Translations under genes and position numbers: made by a program
Notes under the pieces: generated by a model
Databases searched by the model: none
Told to the model about the DNA's origin: nothing
The model's input: only the letters and a program-made list of their open reading frames with translations
Source: Epiperipatus broadwayi
Taxonomy: Eukaryota > Animalia > Onychophora
Length of the DNA: 64,000 bases
Assembly: GCA_028023455.1 (NCBI GenBank)
Contig: JAQFVV010000007.1
Span: 5,456,001-5,520,000, forward strand
Reading direction: 5' to 3'
In this document: positions 1 to 14,815 of the stretch, piece by piece
How positions within the stretch are numbered: position 1 is the first letter of the stretch
How the letters are laid out: each line of letters starts with the position of its first letter

Positions 1-1234
1 TAAATTGTAATTCTGCATGCAAATGGGCAAACATCCTGATTTATTATGTTTTAAAATATTTAAAATACATTTGTGAATATCAGCAGTGTTAAATATAAAT
101 TGGCAAATAGAAAATTATTAAAAATGTAAATTAATTTAAAATAAATAAATTACCTAGAGAAAAAAAACAACAGTCTTTATATATGTTTTTAAAACTAAAG
201 TTTATCACACACACAAAAAAAATGATTTGCTTGAGAAATCAATGTATTATAACTTCTGAATTAATTGATAAAATTCTAGATGATGGTTTTTCTTTAAAGT
301 GAAAACAATTGTCTAGCAGTTGCAGATTGATTTTTATGTGCTTTCCAATGAATGTATTTAAGCAGAAAGATAACTATAATTACATTTAGTTTTATCATTA
401 TCAAGTCTTAAGTAAAATTCTAAATTTGTTATCCACTTAGTGAATATGCCAAATGAATAAATAATAAAATATATTAATTGTGAATAATGAATTTATAGTG
501 AAGTATTAGTCTTAATATTTTAAAGAATTCAATAAAAAAAAATCAAATTGATTATTTATTTAATTAGATAAACATCCTGCATGGTTTCTCATAGTAACAG
601 ACTAAAACTCAAGGTTAATATCATTTTGGATGCTCAACTTTCCAAGAAGTAAACTATTTTATTATGTATTAAATGAACATTGTAAGTAAAGAAATAGTCT
701 TTTTTTTTTGTTTAAAAAGTCTTATGAAATCAACATATCTAAAAAATAATATGGTCATGCTTTATTAATACTTAAATTATTCTGGACAGGATTTCTTCTG
801 AAGCAAAATAATTTATTGAAATCATTAACATTTTTAACACCATGTATTTTATCTTTTTTTTTTTTCAAGAAAAATAATTGTTTCTAGAGTAATATGCTAA
901 CATCGAAATGGATATTAGTACAATTTTAAAGATGTTATTCAGATATGCCACTTGTTTTGGTATTTATTGTTACTTATTATCAATTATAATGCATTAGTCT
1001 TATAAGTTGAGGTGTTTTCTATTACAGAAGTAGCTGATTTGTAATAATTTATGTGTATGAACATTTATTTCAAAAAGAGAATATTTGAAACAGATTTGCA
1101 ATAATTGGTAGTACATAAAAGTTTCTTAAGATTTTTTTTTATAATTCAATCTTTTATTTTGCATTATATATTAATTTGTTAAACCACTAAACATCACATG
1201 ATTACCATGTATTATACTAGTACATAACTGTTAT

Positions 1235-1395
1235 TAAACAGGCAAAACTCTCCATACAGTAGTGCCACCCTGTGCCAACCACAGTTATCAATGGATGCCA
1301 GAAGATGGGGATTTTATGCACAAATCTTCTGGCATCCATTGATTACTCTGGTTGGAACAGGGTGGCACTACTGTATGGAGAGTTTTGCCTGTTTA
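1235..1395. mobile_element. Hairpin MITE, AAACAGGCAAAACTC-TIR family
   Basis: Near-perfect foldback aaacaggcaaaactctccatacagtagtgccacc...ggtggcactactgtatggagagttttgcctgttt; family members elsewhere in the window. Confidence 0.85.
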
Positions 1396-1999
1396 TATTA
1401 ATTTGTGATGTTGTTTTTTTTTTAAATTGTATTTATTCACTAACATAGATAAGGTTTAAGACTATATTATTGTTTATGAAATTTGGCATATGAATATTAC
1501 ATTTGGATATAATCAAAATTTAAGATCTCAAGAGATTATTAGGCATTTAGAAAGAGTGTAATATTTGAAAATAAATCATAAACATTGTTATGAGATAAAA
1601 ATTATGGAATAGGATTAAATAATAATGTATCACAATTACCACTGATAAAAGCAACAGCATGGAGTGAAAATTTCTATTAACATGTTGAAAATGAATAAAA
1701 GAGATAATAAGTAGTTATTATCAGATAATATCATTTACAAGATTATCTAGTAGAAAAACTGTATGTTTATTTCTGACACTAGTAGAATAATAATTCTGTT
1801 ACAAATTCAATGAGCATTAATATCTAGACAATATCTTCATATATACATAACACTCTTACTATTCCAGGCTTTAAAGTGCCTGCAAGGAAGGGCTAGAGAT
1901 CATAACAAAGATTACCTGGACTTCAGGCCTGTTTTTATCAATATTCATGTCATCTTCCTACTTGTTTATTTTTATCACTATTATACCCTGGCAGTGAAT

Positions 2000-3560
2000 G
2001 CCAAACCTTTTGAAGATAATGTATGTTAGTATTATTTGGGCTATGATAACTGTAGATAAATATCCAATAATTCTCACATATCACGGTGTATAAATTACAG
2101 CCACAGGAACCACTAGTTTCATAAATCTCAATAATCTTGTCTTTTTAAAATGCACTAGATGCTGATAGAATATAAGGGATCTGTCAGGTGTTTTCAGTGT
2201 TCAGATATACTATAATGACATTGAAATCTATATTTTTTAATATGGATTGAGTTTTCAAATGGCTTTGTATGATCTTGATTATAACTTACCTGTGTTTAAC
2301 CTATGCTTTTAATAATTTGCAATCAAGCCTATTTTTTCAGACTGATGGTTTTATATTTCTTTGACAATTTCTTCTAGAAATAAGAATTTCTATATTAAGG
2401 AATATAGATCATCAGTAATACTAAGTTATCATTTTTAATACAAACCAATATATAACATAAAATATCATATGCTCTTTCATCATGAATATAATCTGCATTT
2501 ATCAATAACAATTAATTCAACTACTAGCACTCTCCTTGATATCGGCCTTGTTTATATGAGTAATAAGAGATACTATATTGACAAGCTAAAGGTATCTAAA
2601 AGTAGTTTGTAACTATTAGTTATTCTCATAAGGAATACTATCTGAGACATAGAATTGTTCATGTATGTAGATTATTCTTTACACTAATAAACTAAAATGC
2701 ATTAGCAATGATTTACTTCATAGTTGATATGAATATGAAACATTATATTTCATAGTTGATATGAATATGAAACATTATATTTTGAAGACTTGTTATAAGA
2801 AATATCATATGTGATCAAGAAAATAGAACCATTGATTAGTGGTAAGACTATTTCCCTGGCTTTTTAACAAGGATATAAATATTTATATTTGTTGGTCAAT
2901 GTATTAATCATTCAGGTTATTAACAAGATAAAAATAATTATGGATAAAAATAATCAAAGGTACTTTAAGTCCACTTCTATTAACTTGGTTGAAATACTTT
3001 TAGCAGAAATAATATTAAATGAGAATGTGTCTAATGAATTTGAAAAGAAAGTTTTTAAGTAAATGTGTTCTACTAGAGGTTATATATGGATGTATGATTT
3101 GCACTTAATATGAAAGTTGTACAGAGACTTCTAATTGAATAACATATGCTGAGATGTATGTTGGGAGTCACAAAATTGAAAGAGGAATTCATAAGTGAGA
3201 GAATAAATTAATATTCCTGACAGTATTGAAGGAATTAGATAGTAAAATGGAATTGCTCTGATAATAACAATATCACTAGAATATGTAATTAAAAGATTGT
3301 GATTTAGAAAGATATCTTATGTGAGTTTGATAGATCAGATAATGATCTTTGCATAAATGAAGTGAGGAAAAAAATTAATTATTGGAAATGATGAATTTAT
3401 ACTGATATAATGGTCAGTAGATAGAGTCTACTTTTTGTATTTCTTTAGCATATCATCTGATATTCATTGATCATTTATGCCTATGTGAATAACTTAAAAT
3501 AACACAGTGTAAGATGGATTAATTATTTCTTTCAATATAATGAAGCCATTACACTATTTC
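2000..3560 (+). mobile_element. Highly decayed non-LTR retrotransposon RT remnant
   Basis: Only vestigial similarity (an LRYADD-like stretch near 3310-3350); many stops. Confidence 0.3.
2717..2780. repeat. Tandem duplication of a 32-bp unit
   Basis: ttcatagttgatatgaatatgaaacattatat occurs twice in tandem. Confidence 0.9.
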
Positions 3561-3800
3561 AGGATTGATGTGTCTAAAAACAATGCCATAATTGATTTAA
3601 TTATTGTCTTTTTCATTATGGAGTTTCAGTAAAATTTGTTCTATTTCATTATTATCAGATCTTATTTAATTTTTTTTAGCCATCTTAGATTTTAACTTTC
3701 AATGAATTCTTAGAATAAGTTATGTGTAAAGAATTTCATTTGTAATTATAAACTTTTTAGTAACATTCATTTGTATTTTTTGGTTGTGTCTTTGTTACAG

Positions 3801-3859
3801 CTGGGGAATGACTCCACCTACAGTCAATGCTTATTATTCACCGACCAGAAATGAAATTG
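3801..3859 (+). CDS. M13 peptidase (neprilysin/ECE-like) exon, WGMTPPTVNAYYSPTRNEI
   Basis: ttacag| acceptor, |gtaatt donor; translates to the M13 VNAYY substrate-binding motif; phase matches the next exon (G+TT=Val). Confidence 0.96.
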
Positions 3860-5829
3860 GTAATTAATATTATGTTACTTTTTAAATCTTAAATATTTCA
3901 TTTATGCTTACATTTAAAATTTTAATATATGCTTACATTTAGAACTTTAATTAAATATTTAATTTATAATTAATTTTAATAAGTGTAGAAACGTTTAATG
4001 TAAATATATATATTCAGCACTCATAGTTGTATTTTATTTGCATTATCTGTTCATCATATTGGTACTCATTTCTTCAGTTTTGATAAGCAAACATCCATTA
4101 TTCTTTTGCCAAGAATAGTTGTGCCCATTCTCTAATAACAAATATTTAGCAGGACTAGCAATGATCCAAATATCTAAGCATATTTTGAAACTCATCAACT
4201 ATATCTTTTACCTAAATTTGAATCTGGGCCATAGGGATGACATAGTTTATAGCATACAAAATAGTTAAATACAGCTAACAAATATTTAAAATTTATTTAA
4301 ACTAGTTTGCTGATAAAACTACTGATTTATAGAAGCCTTTATTAGTGTTTTCCTATAGATAATTATATATGTAAAGTTATGTAACAAAATATAATAAACA
4401 ATAAATATTTTTAATATATTAAATATTTTTTTATTAAATTGTAAAAGTAAAAATATCCAAACCACGTACACCCACAGTGTGCATTTTTTGTGAAAAGTAA
4501 GTTTAGAGAAAAATATTATTTAATGAAAAAGCCATATTTAACAATCGTTTCTTAGATAATACAGTTTATTAGAAATCTACACCATAGTTTAATGCAATAT
4601 ATGCATGTGTTTGTGTGTGTGATAAAATTGAAAGGAATGAGCATGAAAGTTCTAATGTCCACTTCATATTCTTCTGGTCATTGTAGTGTGATTATTTATA
4701 AAGTAATTAAACACTGGTGTACTATTTCTTAATATGCTTTCCAACCAGTGTGTGGAGTTTATTGACTTTTTATCGCTGAAATTAAAATGAAAAAATATCG
4801 AGATCTTGTTTTCAGTAGCCTGTTAGTTTTTAATAGATATACATCAGTTGACTATATTTGAAGATGAGAATGAATGTTTACATGAGTGCACTTTTTTAAA
4901 TAGATAGACAGACAAAACTAAATTATGGTTCTTATTTACAGAAGATTGCAAAGTTATAAGACAAGGTAGCAGTTGTCATCCAAATGTACTAAAATGGTAT
5001 AAATCCCTGATTGCACACTCAGGCTGCCATTCAATGATTATCTTTTATTTAGATAGCTATAACTATAGTCACCTTCAAGTGAAGGAAGTTTGTATGAATT
5101 AAAACAAGAACTATGTAATATTAATTGGAGCATTGTTGAACTTTGTAATGTTAGCAAAAAAATGAAGTAACAAATGACTTTAAAAAGAGATATGTACTAT
5201 ACTACATATTGTAATGGAAATACGATCGAAGGTTGTTCCTTTTTATTTATATATAATATGGATTCTTAAAAATTCAAAATCATCCACCTTCCATTACCGC
5301 AAGCAAAGAGAACATATAGACATAACTGAATTTATATCCATACCTGACCGAACCTGTGACAATACGGATATTGCCACAAGGTTATCTTCCCAATCAACCA
5401 TCTCTTGACTGCTCTAATTATTAAAGAATTACAGCACTTGGTTAAATAATAAGTTTAATGGGATCAGTAATACTGTACAACTATCCTCATGTGTTACTTA
5501 GTACTCAAATGGAGTAATAATTATAACAAATCCCCTCCAGGTATATTAAACTATTGGAATGGCTAAGAAACGAGATGATACAGATAAATTAATTAAGAAA
5601 CATTTACTATAATAATAAAATAAAAAAAGAAATTACATGAAATATTTACCTACAATAAAATCATTTAAATATAATACTATAATTAGGTCTATGCGTTAAA
5701 TCCTATAAATGTCTTTAATATATTGAAACAAAGTATTCATTTATAGTCGTTCCTTCCAATTATTATTAAAGAGTTTAGTTAATGTCTATCTCATTAAATA
5801 TTTGGAATTGCAATTGCTTTTAATGTGAA

Positions 5830-6240
5830 GAGTATGTGCATGTGTGTTATATATTGGTCTGTTATTTACTTTACCTAGGTTTTCTTCTTCTTTGACGTTA
5901 AATAGTGCTCTGCTGACCGTCATGTGGAATTTCCTCCACTTTTTTAGTAGAGACGCCCATTCTTCAGCTTTGATTTTGGTTTATGGAATCTATTCTTCTA
6001 TATGTAGTGACTTTCCAATACTAAGATGTTAATGGCATGACGGGTAGATTATCAGGCAGGCGCTACACCAACAGTTGTTCCAGGGCAAGGTGACCATACG
6101 AGCATGGTGGGTTTGGATCGACTAGCGACCGTGATGGTTCTTAGCCACAGATTCTTGAAGATTCACTTGTGTAGAAGATTAGTTTCATGTTCATACAGTT
6201 TGTCAGTATTCTATGGAGATGTCCTTTACTCAGCTTTCCT
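5830..6240 (-). mobile_element. Probable RTE-like LINE 3' ORF2 fragment
   Basis: CpG-retaining block; minus frames give HRILTNC..., YGHLAL..RLPDNLP and EEWASLLK.WRKF, resembling the C-terminus of RTE ORF2. Confidence 0.35.
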
Positions 6241-6899
6241 TTTTTTTTCTTTAGTGTCTGCTTCCCACTAGGTTCTGATCACTGAAGTCTCCCCGTCAAC
6301 TGTTTTTTAATTAATTAATTAATTAATGTCTTTTATTTTTCTCAAAATTCTTTACTTATCTTGATCTCTTGCTTGGTTTTCTTTCACACCTTTAAATTAC
6401 TTTTAATTTCATACAAATTTATAATATAATGTTATACATTTATTTATCAATTATTTTCTTTAATAAAATTATTTTCATTTTGACATGCAATAAACCTTGC
6501 TCTCTTTATACATACATTCACATATGCATTACATTTTCGTCAAAATGTATAATTTTAAGAACAGATCTTTATCTTCTGTTGTATTCTAAATTTTACTTAT
6601 ATTTTATTAAACTCCCCAACTACCGCTTTTTAAATCATTAAGTTCCCATTTCATTTATATTTCCTTTCTCATTTTTGATCTTAAACTAAACATATGATTT
6701 CAATATTTCTAATCTTAATATTTCTATTCTTTCTAAAAATCTGAACTTTGGAGGATAAAAGATAAGAATCTTGTTCGATTCATTTCCCTCTCTTTAGTAA
6801 TTAAGACATTCCTTTCTTCATTGGTTTTAATTCTTTTACTAGTATTCAAAAAAAAAAAAACATACAATATTTAATATTATTTAATGTTAAATATATATA

Positions 6900-9480
6900 T
6901 ATATGTGTGCTCGCAGTATGTGCGATCATCACAATATAAATATTGGAATCACAAGTAGAATGGTTTTTATTGTAAATAAAAAATGGGAAAATATTATTGT
7001 GGAAGTTGATGGTATATGAGAAAGAATGGCAAGATAACTTATTCAACTTAATGGAAGATATAAAATGCAGATAATTGAAGTTAATGCCCCAACCAATTCT
7101 TTTAATGATGATAAATATCAAACACACATAATTCAAGTTTATACCACAGCAAGATCTCATTATGAAGGATGTACAAGAGTCTTTTAATCAGGCTAAACAA
7201 TACTTTAAAGTTGTTATGAGAGATATTAATTCTAAGATTGGTAACCAACAGAACAACACTTAAAAATTATCATGGGAAATTTTAATGCTAGTATTGCTAC
7301 ATGAGTGAAACATAAAGATTCTATATGTAAATTTGGTTAGGATGGTAGAAATGAGAGGGGACAAAGATTTGTTGGATTCTCAGAAAAATAAAAACTATCT
7401 TATGAAATTTTTCTTTGAAAACAAAATACTAAACAGAATAGACATGGAAAGAATCAAATGAAAATACAACAAAATCAGATTATATTTGACTAACACAAAA
7501 TATGTATTTCAGGATTACAATGTTCTTAATAAATTCAAATCAGGAAGTAATCATCAATTAATGAGAAGTAAGGTAGATGTTAATGTGAAATTAGGGAGAC
7601 AAACATTATTAAGGAAAACAGTATTTACAGCTAATAGTTCTATCCTTCAGAAATATTCCAATAAATTTAATTTAGAACTTGCAACTCATTTTAAAATATT
7701 ATTATATTTTGAAGATAATTCAGATTTGAAAGAAATCAATAGGAGGATAATTTCTTATTAAGAACTACAACAAAGATAGATTGTATAACAAAGCAGCAAT
7801 TTTCCAGTAAATTTTCAAGTGAGATAAGATAATATATGAAGAAAAAATAAAAATATAAGAAAATTATTCATTTAGAAGAATTGAATATCTCACTTTGTAA
7901 AATGATATGAAAAAAAGTTAATAATGATATAAGAAAATATAATTATAAATTGAAAAGATATAGAAGATAATAAAAGACTTAAAAATGTAAAATAACATTT
8001 TTTGGATTGCTAGAAATTTTTTATCTGCACTAAGAAAGATGAATCTGTTATTAAAAAAAGAGATGACATCATGAAATGTGTGGAAAGATTATGAAATAAT
8101 GAGGGTTCCAGATAATGATGGGGATTATAATCAATATCTTAAAAGATATATGTGATGAAATAAAAAAATTATTGAAATAGTTATATACCTAATGTCTAAA
8201 TGATAAAGTTGTACCAGATGATTGGTAGAATACAATAGTAAAGTTTATATTTCAGAAAGATGTTGAAAATATTAGAAATTGCAGACCTCTCAATTTTTTA
8301 TCTGTTCTATACAAAATTTTTACCAAAGTTACACTCATCTACAGCAAATTTTGGATTTTAACTAATCAAATAACATGCTGGGTTTAAAAATGTTTTTAAT
8401 TCAGTGGTTGACATCAAATTATTGAGAGAAGTTATAGAAAGGACTAATGAATATCAGTTGCCATTATGTTTTGAATTTATAGATTATGAAAAAAGCATTT
8501 GATTCTCTATGTATTTTTAGAGTAATTAAACATTGGATAATATTGACATATTCTGGAGAATATGTATCAAAATGGAATAGCAATTATTGGATTATGTAGT
8601 GATACATAGATGATTAAAATTGGGGAATGTGTATGCCAGGGTGATTGCGAATCATCAGATCTTTTTACAGGAGCTTTACTCGAAATATATTGCACATTAA
8701 AAAGAAGTTAAGGGAGTAAAAATAAGTAGATATTATTTAAATCATTTAGATTTAGCAGATGATGTGGTTGTTTTTGCAAATAATGTTTCAGAGCTTCAGG
8801 AAATATTGCAAAAATTATCAGATGAAAGTAAAAACACAGGACTAAAGATAAATGCTAAAAAGACTAAAATAATGTTCAATCAATTACAAATTTTAATCTG
8901 TTGGTAAGAAATTTTATTTTTTAAAAAATTATTTTTTCCAAAAAATGAAAATAAAGATTGACAATGATGAACTAGAGGTACATAACTACAAATACCTTGG
9001 TCATATCATTAATCCAGATGGAATCATAATGAATGAAATTAATCATAGAATTAAACTTGGACAGACTGCTCATTTGAATAGAAAGATTTTTAATAAATGT
9101 GTTTTGCCAGCACTTACTTATGGATCTGAGACATGTATATGTAACAGAAAGGCAATATAAAGAATGAAGTATGGAGAGATATATGTTAGAAATAACAAGA
9201 AATTATTGACAACAACTTACATGGATGTGAGAAGAAACACGTATTACTGTTGTTTTTGAAAATTAAGAGACTGAAGTGGAGCTGGGATAGATATATTGCT
9301 AGAATAGTAAATGGTCAGCTGAAATCTTAGACTGGATTTTAAGAGATTGAAAAAGATTTAAAAAAATATCACATGTGAAATGGAGGAATAAATTAAGGAA
9401 GTTTGCTGGTATGGTGTGGAGAATAGAGGCTAAAGATCAGAGAAATTGATTTAAACTTACAAAGACTATCCTACAATTGA
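6900..9480 (+). mobile_element. Decayed RTE-clade LINE (APE endonuclease + RT)
   Basis: GFIVNKKW..IQLNGRYKMQII (APE), FIDYEKAFDS, LDLADDVV, YKYLGHII, FNKCVLPALTYGSET; homologous to 45444-48125. Confidence 0.85.
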
Positions 9481-11265
9481 GTTCATAATGGTTGAAAAAA
9501 GATGATACATTGATACAGAAAGTAAGAAGGTAATGACTAATGTGACAGAGAGATGCTATTATCTATATTTTGTAGAAGTAATTACTTATGTGGGGAAAGG
9601 CCAGAAGTCAACACAAAAAATTATTTTTGACTAGTTACAGAGCTTTGAAAGAACAATAAAAATATTTTGAAAAAGTTTTTACTTTTGCATTAAAAGTAAG
9701 CAAAAAGAAAATAAAGATTGGAGAAATAAAAGTTTGATATAATAAATAAAAACTATAATAATAAGAAGAAGAACAATTGAAGTTGAAGAAGTAATATATA
9801 TATATAACGATTAAAATTATTTAATAAAGGTTTAGAAAATAAGAATGAGTTATTTCTTTGTTTGGATTATGAGTTAGTAGTATAAAAGGGGTTTGTAGGA
9901 AAATAAAGAAATTTGTTGGAAGTTTTTAAAAATGTAGTATATCAACAAATATTTTTTAAAAATTAATGCATTAGAAATATTTTTATCAGGAACAAAAATT
10001 AAAAGATTTGATTATAAAGACTACGATAAGTAAAAGGAAATTGTAAATTAAAAAAGATTCTCAGATGTAATAAAGTAGGTAATTATGTTGTTTTATATTT
10101 TAGTAATAAAAAAATAACTATATCAATGAATTATATAATTTTTATTTATACAACATTTTCAACAAAGACAGACAGTCATTTGAAATCGTAAGTATCATTT
10201 GTAAAGAAAAATAATATTATATACGAATTACATTTAATCGATTTGTTATACCATTGAAAGATTTTGTTCAGAGTAGAGGTTAATATACAATAAAATAATA
10301 TGAAAGATTTTTTTTTTAACTTTTGCAATAAAACTAAATTAAAAAAAATCTGGACTATAGAAAGAAAGTGTTTTAATTAAATAATTCAGTATGAAAAAAG
10401 GATTGATAAAAAATATATGTTATGAAATATATTCAGGACTTATTCCTAATATAAAAAATATTTTTAAGACTTCCAGATTCATCAAACATTCATGAAAATA
10501 TTTATATATAACTAATCATGTAATTACAGTGTATGTATTAATAAGAATCTTGTCTAGCCTAAATGAATGAGATCAAACAAATTATATAGTGGTGATTTTT
10601 TTTATGTTGCAGAAAATAAAAATTATGGTTTGAATATTTGAGAGCTCTTTTTCAGTATTACTGTATTTAATGGTGATGTGATATGGTGATTATACATCTA
10701 TATTTTTATAATTCAGTACTGAAAAACACAAAATGGTATATCGTTTCTGATTCATCTTGGCTACAATAAGAAATATATTGCATCAATATGGGAAAAATTC
10801 TTCTTAGTTGATAAGAAAATATTGGTAGGAAGAACTTTAAAATTAATTTTTTGTCAGAAAATCCAAATATTTCAATTCAAGAAGCTATTATTTGAAGTTT
10901 GTAAGGATCATATGATTAATAAAATAAAGCAGTGGATTAGGAGCATCTGTTGAAGTATTAAGTAGATTTGCTTATATATAACATCTAGCTAATATTTAAT
11001 TTTGTTATAAAAATGAGCTGATGTTATATCAGTATGTGATACTATGAATTTTAGTCTGTCTATACGTAATTTGTCTTGGGAAGATAGTGTAGCTTTGGGA
11101 AGAATTATTAAAAAATGTTTCAATCTCTGGAAATTAATTCTGAAAAAAAAGTAGTACATCAGTCAATCATTGTAGATGAAAAATGCAAATAGCATATAAT
11201 GACAACTTGTGGAATTTAGGTCATTGTATTTTTTTTTTATCAAGGCTGCAACATTTGTCTTAATC

Positions 11266-11535
11266 CATCATCATCATCATCATCGTCAACCATTGTCAAT
11301 CCACTGCAGGATGAAGGTCTCTCCAAGTTCAATCCATCTTCTCTTATCTTTAGATTCTCTTCTCCACACCACCCCTGCACACTTTTTTATTTAATCCATC
11401 CATCTTACATGTGGTCTCTTTCTGGGTCTTTTATAATCTCTTGGAATCCCGTTTAAGATTTCAATTGTCCATCTATTATCATCTCTTCTAGCAATATGTC
11501 CAGCCCAACTCCACTTTAGTTTTTTAATTTTTTTC
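11266..11535 (-). mobile_element. RTE LINE 3' end with (ATG)n tail
   Basis: (cat)n tail followed by sequence nearly identical to 14816-15070 and 22980-23147. Confidence 0.85.
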
Positions 11536-12839
11536 CATATCGTGTACAAAGTTAATTAATTTTTATTTAGGGTTGATAAATGTTATAATAGATACGATAT
11601 TTAGCTTTGAATTCAGGGTAGGTAAAATAGTTCTGATTATATTAATAAAAGTAGTGATGTAGGCAATGTTTTTAATTCAAAATCTTTTATACTTTTTGAC
11701 CTTTTCTTATGAATTTTTACAATAATTAGTCTTTTTCTTCTATATTTAATACTAAATTTGTAATAATCCATTTTATCATAATTATAATTTATGCACCTAT
11801 CTTTTATAATATTAATTTCACCAGAAGTCATAACTAGATTAATCTGCTTTAACCTGCAGAACATTCTATTAGTTGGAATAGTTTTTGAACATCAACTGCA
11901 ATTTCAAATACATATCTATTATACTAACCCATTTTTAACTTTAAAATGTGAATTATTTTACTTACATTGATTCAAACTCATAACCAAGCCAAACTGTGGT
12001 TTTAAATGAATTATGACTTAATTTGCTTAATCTGACATGCCCATATTATTAGTAGTTGTATAGATCTGAAATTACACATGTGTGCATGTGATTTTTAAAA
12101 GTAAGTAAAATTGATATTTTTGTACATACAGTGAAATTTTTTTACATCTTTTCAGTTGCTTTCATTTTTTCACAATATTCTTCTGTTTCATTTTGTCTCA
12201 GAGTTTACTTTTAGTAAAGAATCTTATTTTTTGATCTTCATTGTTTCATTCCTTGAATTATCATTTTTTCACATTGTTTGTTAACAAATTGCAGACCTGA
12301 TGTAAACTTCCACTTATGAATAGTTTTTAATAAAATTTTAAATGATTTTCAGGTTGCTTTCCATTTTTTTTTTTTTGGACTAAATAAAGATTGTTGACAA
12401 AAATAATGCTTCGCTGAAAATGATTATGAGTTTTCATATTGACTTTTAAATATTACTAGTTCTTTTGCATATATGACATTATTTTTCATCCATTATGCTG
12501 ATTTATTTCATTTTGTTTCTGTTATAGTATAATATTTATTTAATAAAAGAAAGAAGAGACTAAGATGGAAAATTTTATGTTGTAATAATCTAATGGTAAT
12601 GGAGTACTGATGAAAATAGGATAATTGCAATATGACTCATCACACACCACATGATCATTGAAAAATTGTGTTTTGATTTGAAGGGGTATGTTTGCTCAAA
12701 ATAAATGCAATCAGAGATTTTTTTGACAAGTAATGTTTTAAAATTTGGTTAATATAAATAAAATCTTAAATCATGATTGTAAAGATTTATTCATTGCCTT
12801 TTGTTATTTATAAAATTAAAATCAAGATTGACTTATTGT

Positions 12840-13075
12840 CAACATGGGTAGAATGAGAAGGTTGGCACTAATGTGAGCTTTGAGCATTCCATCATTAGAT
12901 TTTCAATAAAATGGATGGCTGAATATTTGTGGGGTGGAATGGATTGAAGCCTGTCCATTAAAGTATGAAGATTGGCTATCTTAATATAAGCTGAGCATTG
13001 ATTGTATATATGTGCAGAGATGATAATCTGGACCCACTGATGAGTGCTGGTTTACACAAAATTTGTATATTGGTG
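12840..13075 (+). mobile_element. Penelope-like element 3' end remnant with decayed hammerhead motif
   Basis: RRLAL..LSI....FNKMDG....W resembles a PLE GIY-YIG C-terminus; followed by CTGATGA-GTG-ctggttta-CAC-AAAA. Confidence 0.4.
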
Positions 13076-14815
13076 ACTGTTTATCTTTTCAACATCAGTG
13101 TGATCAAGTGTGTCAGTAGGATGAGATAGCATGGATAGTTGAGGGTCATGTGAAAGTCTGAGTTCAAACCCCCTGTATATTACATATTGGAGTGCAGGTA
13201 TGAAAAAGCCTGTACTGTAGAAAAAAAAATCATATATTAAAATCAAGAATTAAGAAAATCTGTAAGTAATGAGCATTATTTTTACATTAATTCTATTTTT
13301 CTAAGCATTATATTTATATAATTGCTGACATATTAAAATTATATATATTGTATCTACTGAAATTTTAAATAAATTTCAATATGTAGTGGAATGTGTGTTT
13401 CAGTTATTGATTGATTTTAATAGTGAATGTATTGGCCTAAGAGCATTGAAATATGTTACTATGGCAACAAGAATTTCAAAGCAAGAAATATTTATTATTA
13501 ATTGCAATACAGAAGTTATGAATTGATTTTATTCATTTTTCAAAAATGCACACCTAAATAATAAAATTTATAGTTTTAATAAAATTATTATTTTTTCTTT
13601 TTTATATGTATTTTGCTTATTGCATTTACAAATAGTAGATTACAGACAACACACATGAATATTTAATGTTTTAAGTATGTCTGTTATTTTGTTTATATGA
13701 TATATGCAATATTATATTGGGGAGATATTTATAGAATATATATTTCCAGTATAATATGTAAGAATGTAGTATAAATTATTTTAATTTGCATTAAACTAAA
13801 ATAATATTATTTGCATTTTTAAAACATAAATATTATTTATTATATGTAATAATTGTAAAATATATTTTTTTATTTGTTATTATTGCTGTATAATAAAATT
13901 TTACATTTGGAACATTGGATAAATTTGAAAATAGAGTTATAAAAGGTATTATTATCTTAGTTCTTAATATGCCAATTAAAAAGATTATAAATAGAACTGA
14001 ATGGTTTGAACTTTTTGTCTTATGTCCTGATTTCAATGGAAGCAAATTACATTCTTTCATATAATTTTTATTTTATTTTTAAAAGTATTTGTTTATTAAC
14101 TATATAAAATGATAGGGTGAGAAGGGGAATATTTGTCCAGAAAAATGGACAAATTTATCAAGGATTTGATAGAGGAATGAGAATTTACTAAAGGAATGAA
14201 AAGTAATTCATTGCGTTCAAAATTGTCTGAATATTTCTTTGCTAAAAATACATATTTCTTACATTTTAATAATGGAATATAAAAGCTAACAACAGAAAAT
14301 TATATATAATGATTATTTTCATCTGCCAATATAGTTTTGTGATATTGATGAGACTCAAGATTGAAATTGATTTAATTTGCATGTCATTGTCATGGGTAGA
14401 AAGTGGCATCTGTTCATTTATAATATCGTATAATATCAAATATCTGCTAAACAAAAGGATAACTCTTTATTTGGAAAATATCAAAATTAATAAAATGTAT
14501 TTTGTATCAGATAACTTTTCAGGATATTTCTGCTTTACTTGGAGTAATAAAGTATCACCTAATTATAATTCAAGGAATAGACATTGGAACTGTGATATTA
14601 TGTTAAAATGTCATATTGGAGGATGATTAATCAGGTCATATGCTAATATGTATTTTTTATTTATGTATATAATTGTATAATATTTATTAATACAAATAGT
14701 TATTATGCTTTAAGTTAAATCAACATTTGTTTTATTTTTTATTTTATGTAATTTATTTATACATTTATTGATAATTATATTGTTGAAGGTAAAATAATGT
14801 CTAATTACGTGGAGT

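Noticed and set aside
2728-2775. ATGAATATGAAAC resembling the A3-U8 hammerhead core
   Set aside because: No stem II between the core and GAAA; it is part of a 32-bp AT-rich tandem duplication.
13125-13230. tRNA-SINE-like head (gagttcaaaccc B-box-like)
   Set aside because: No convincing A box or cloverleaf and no second copy in the window.
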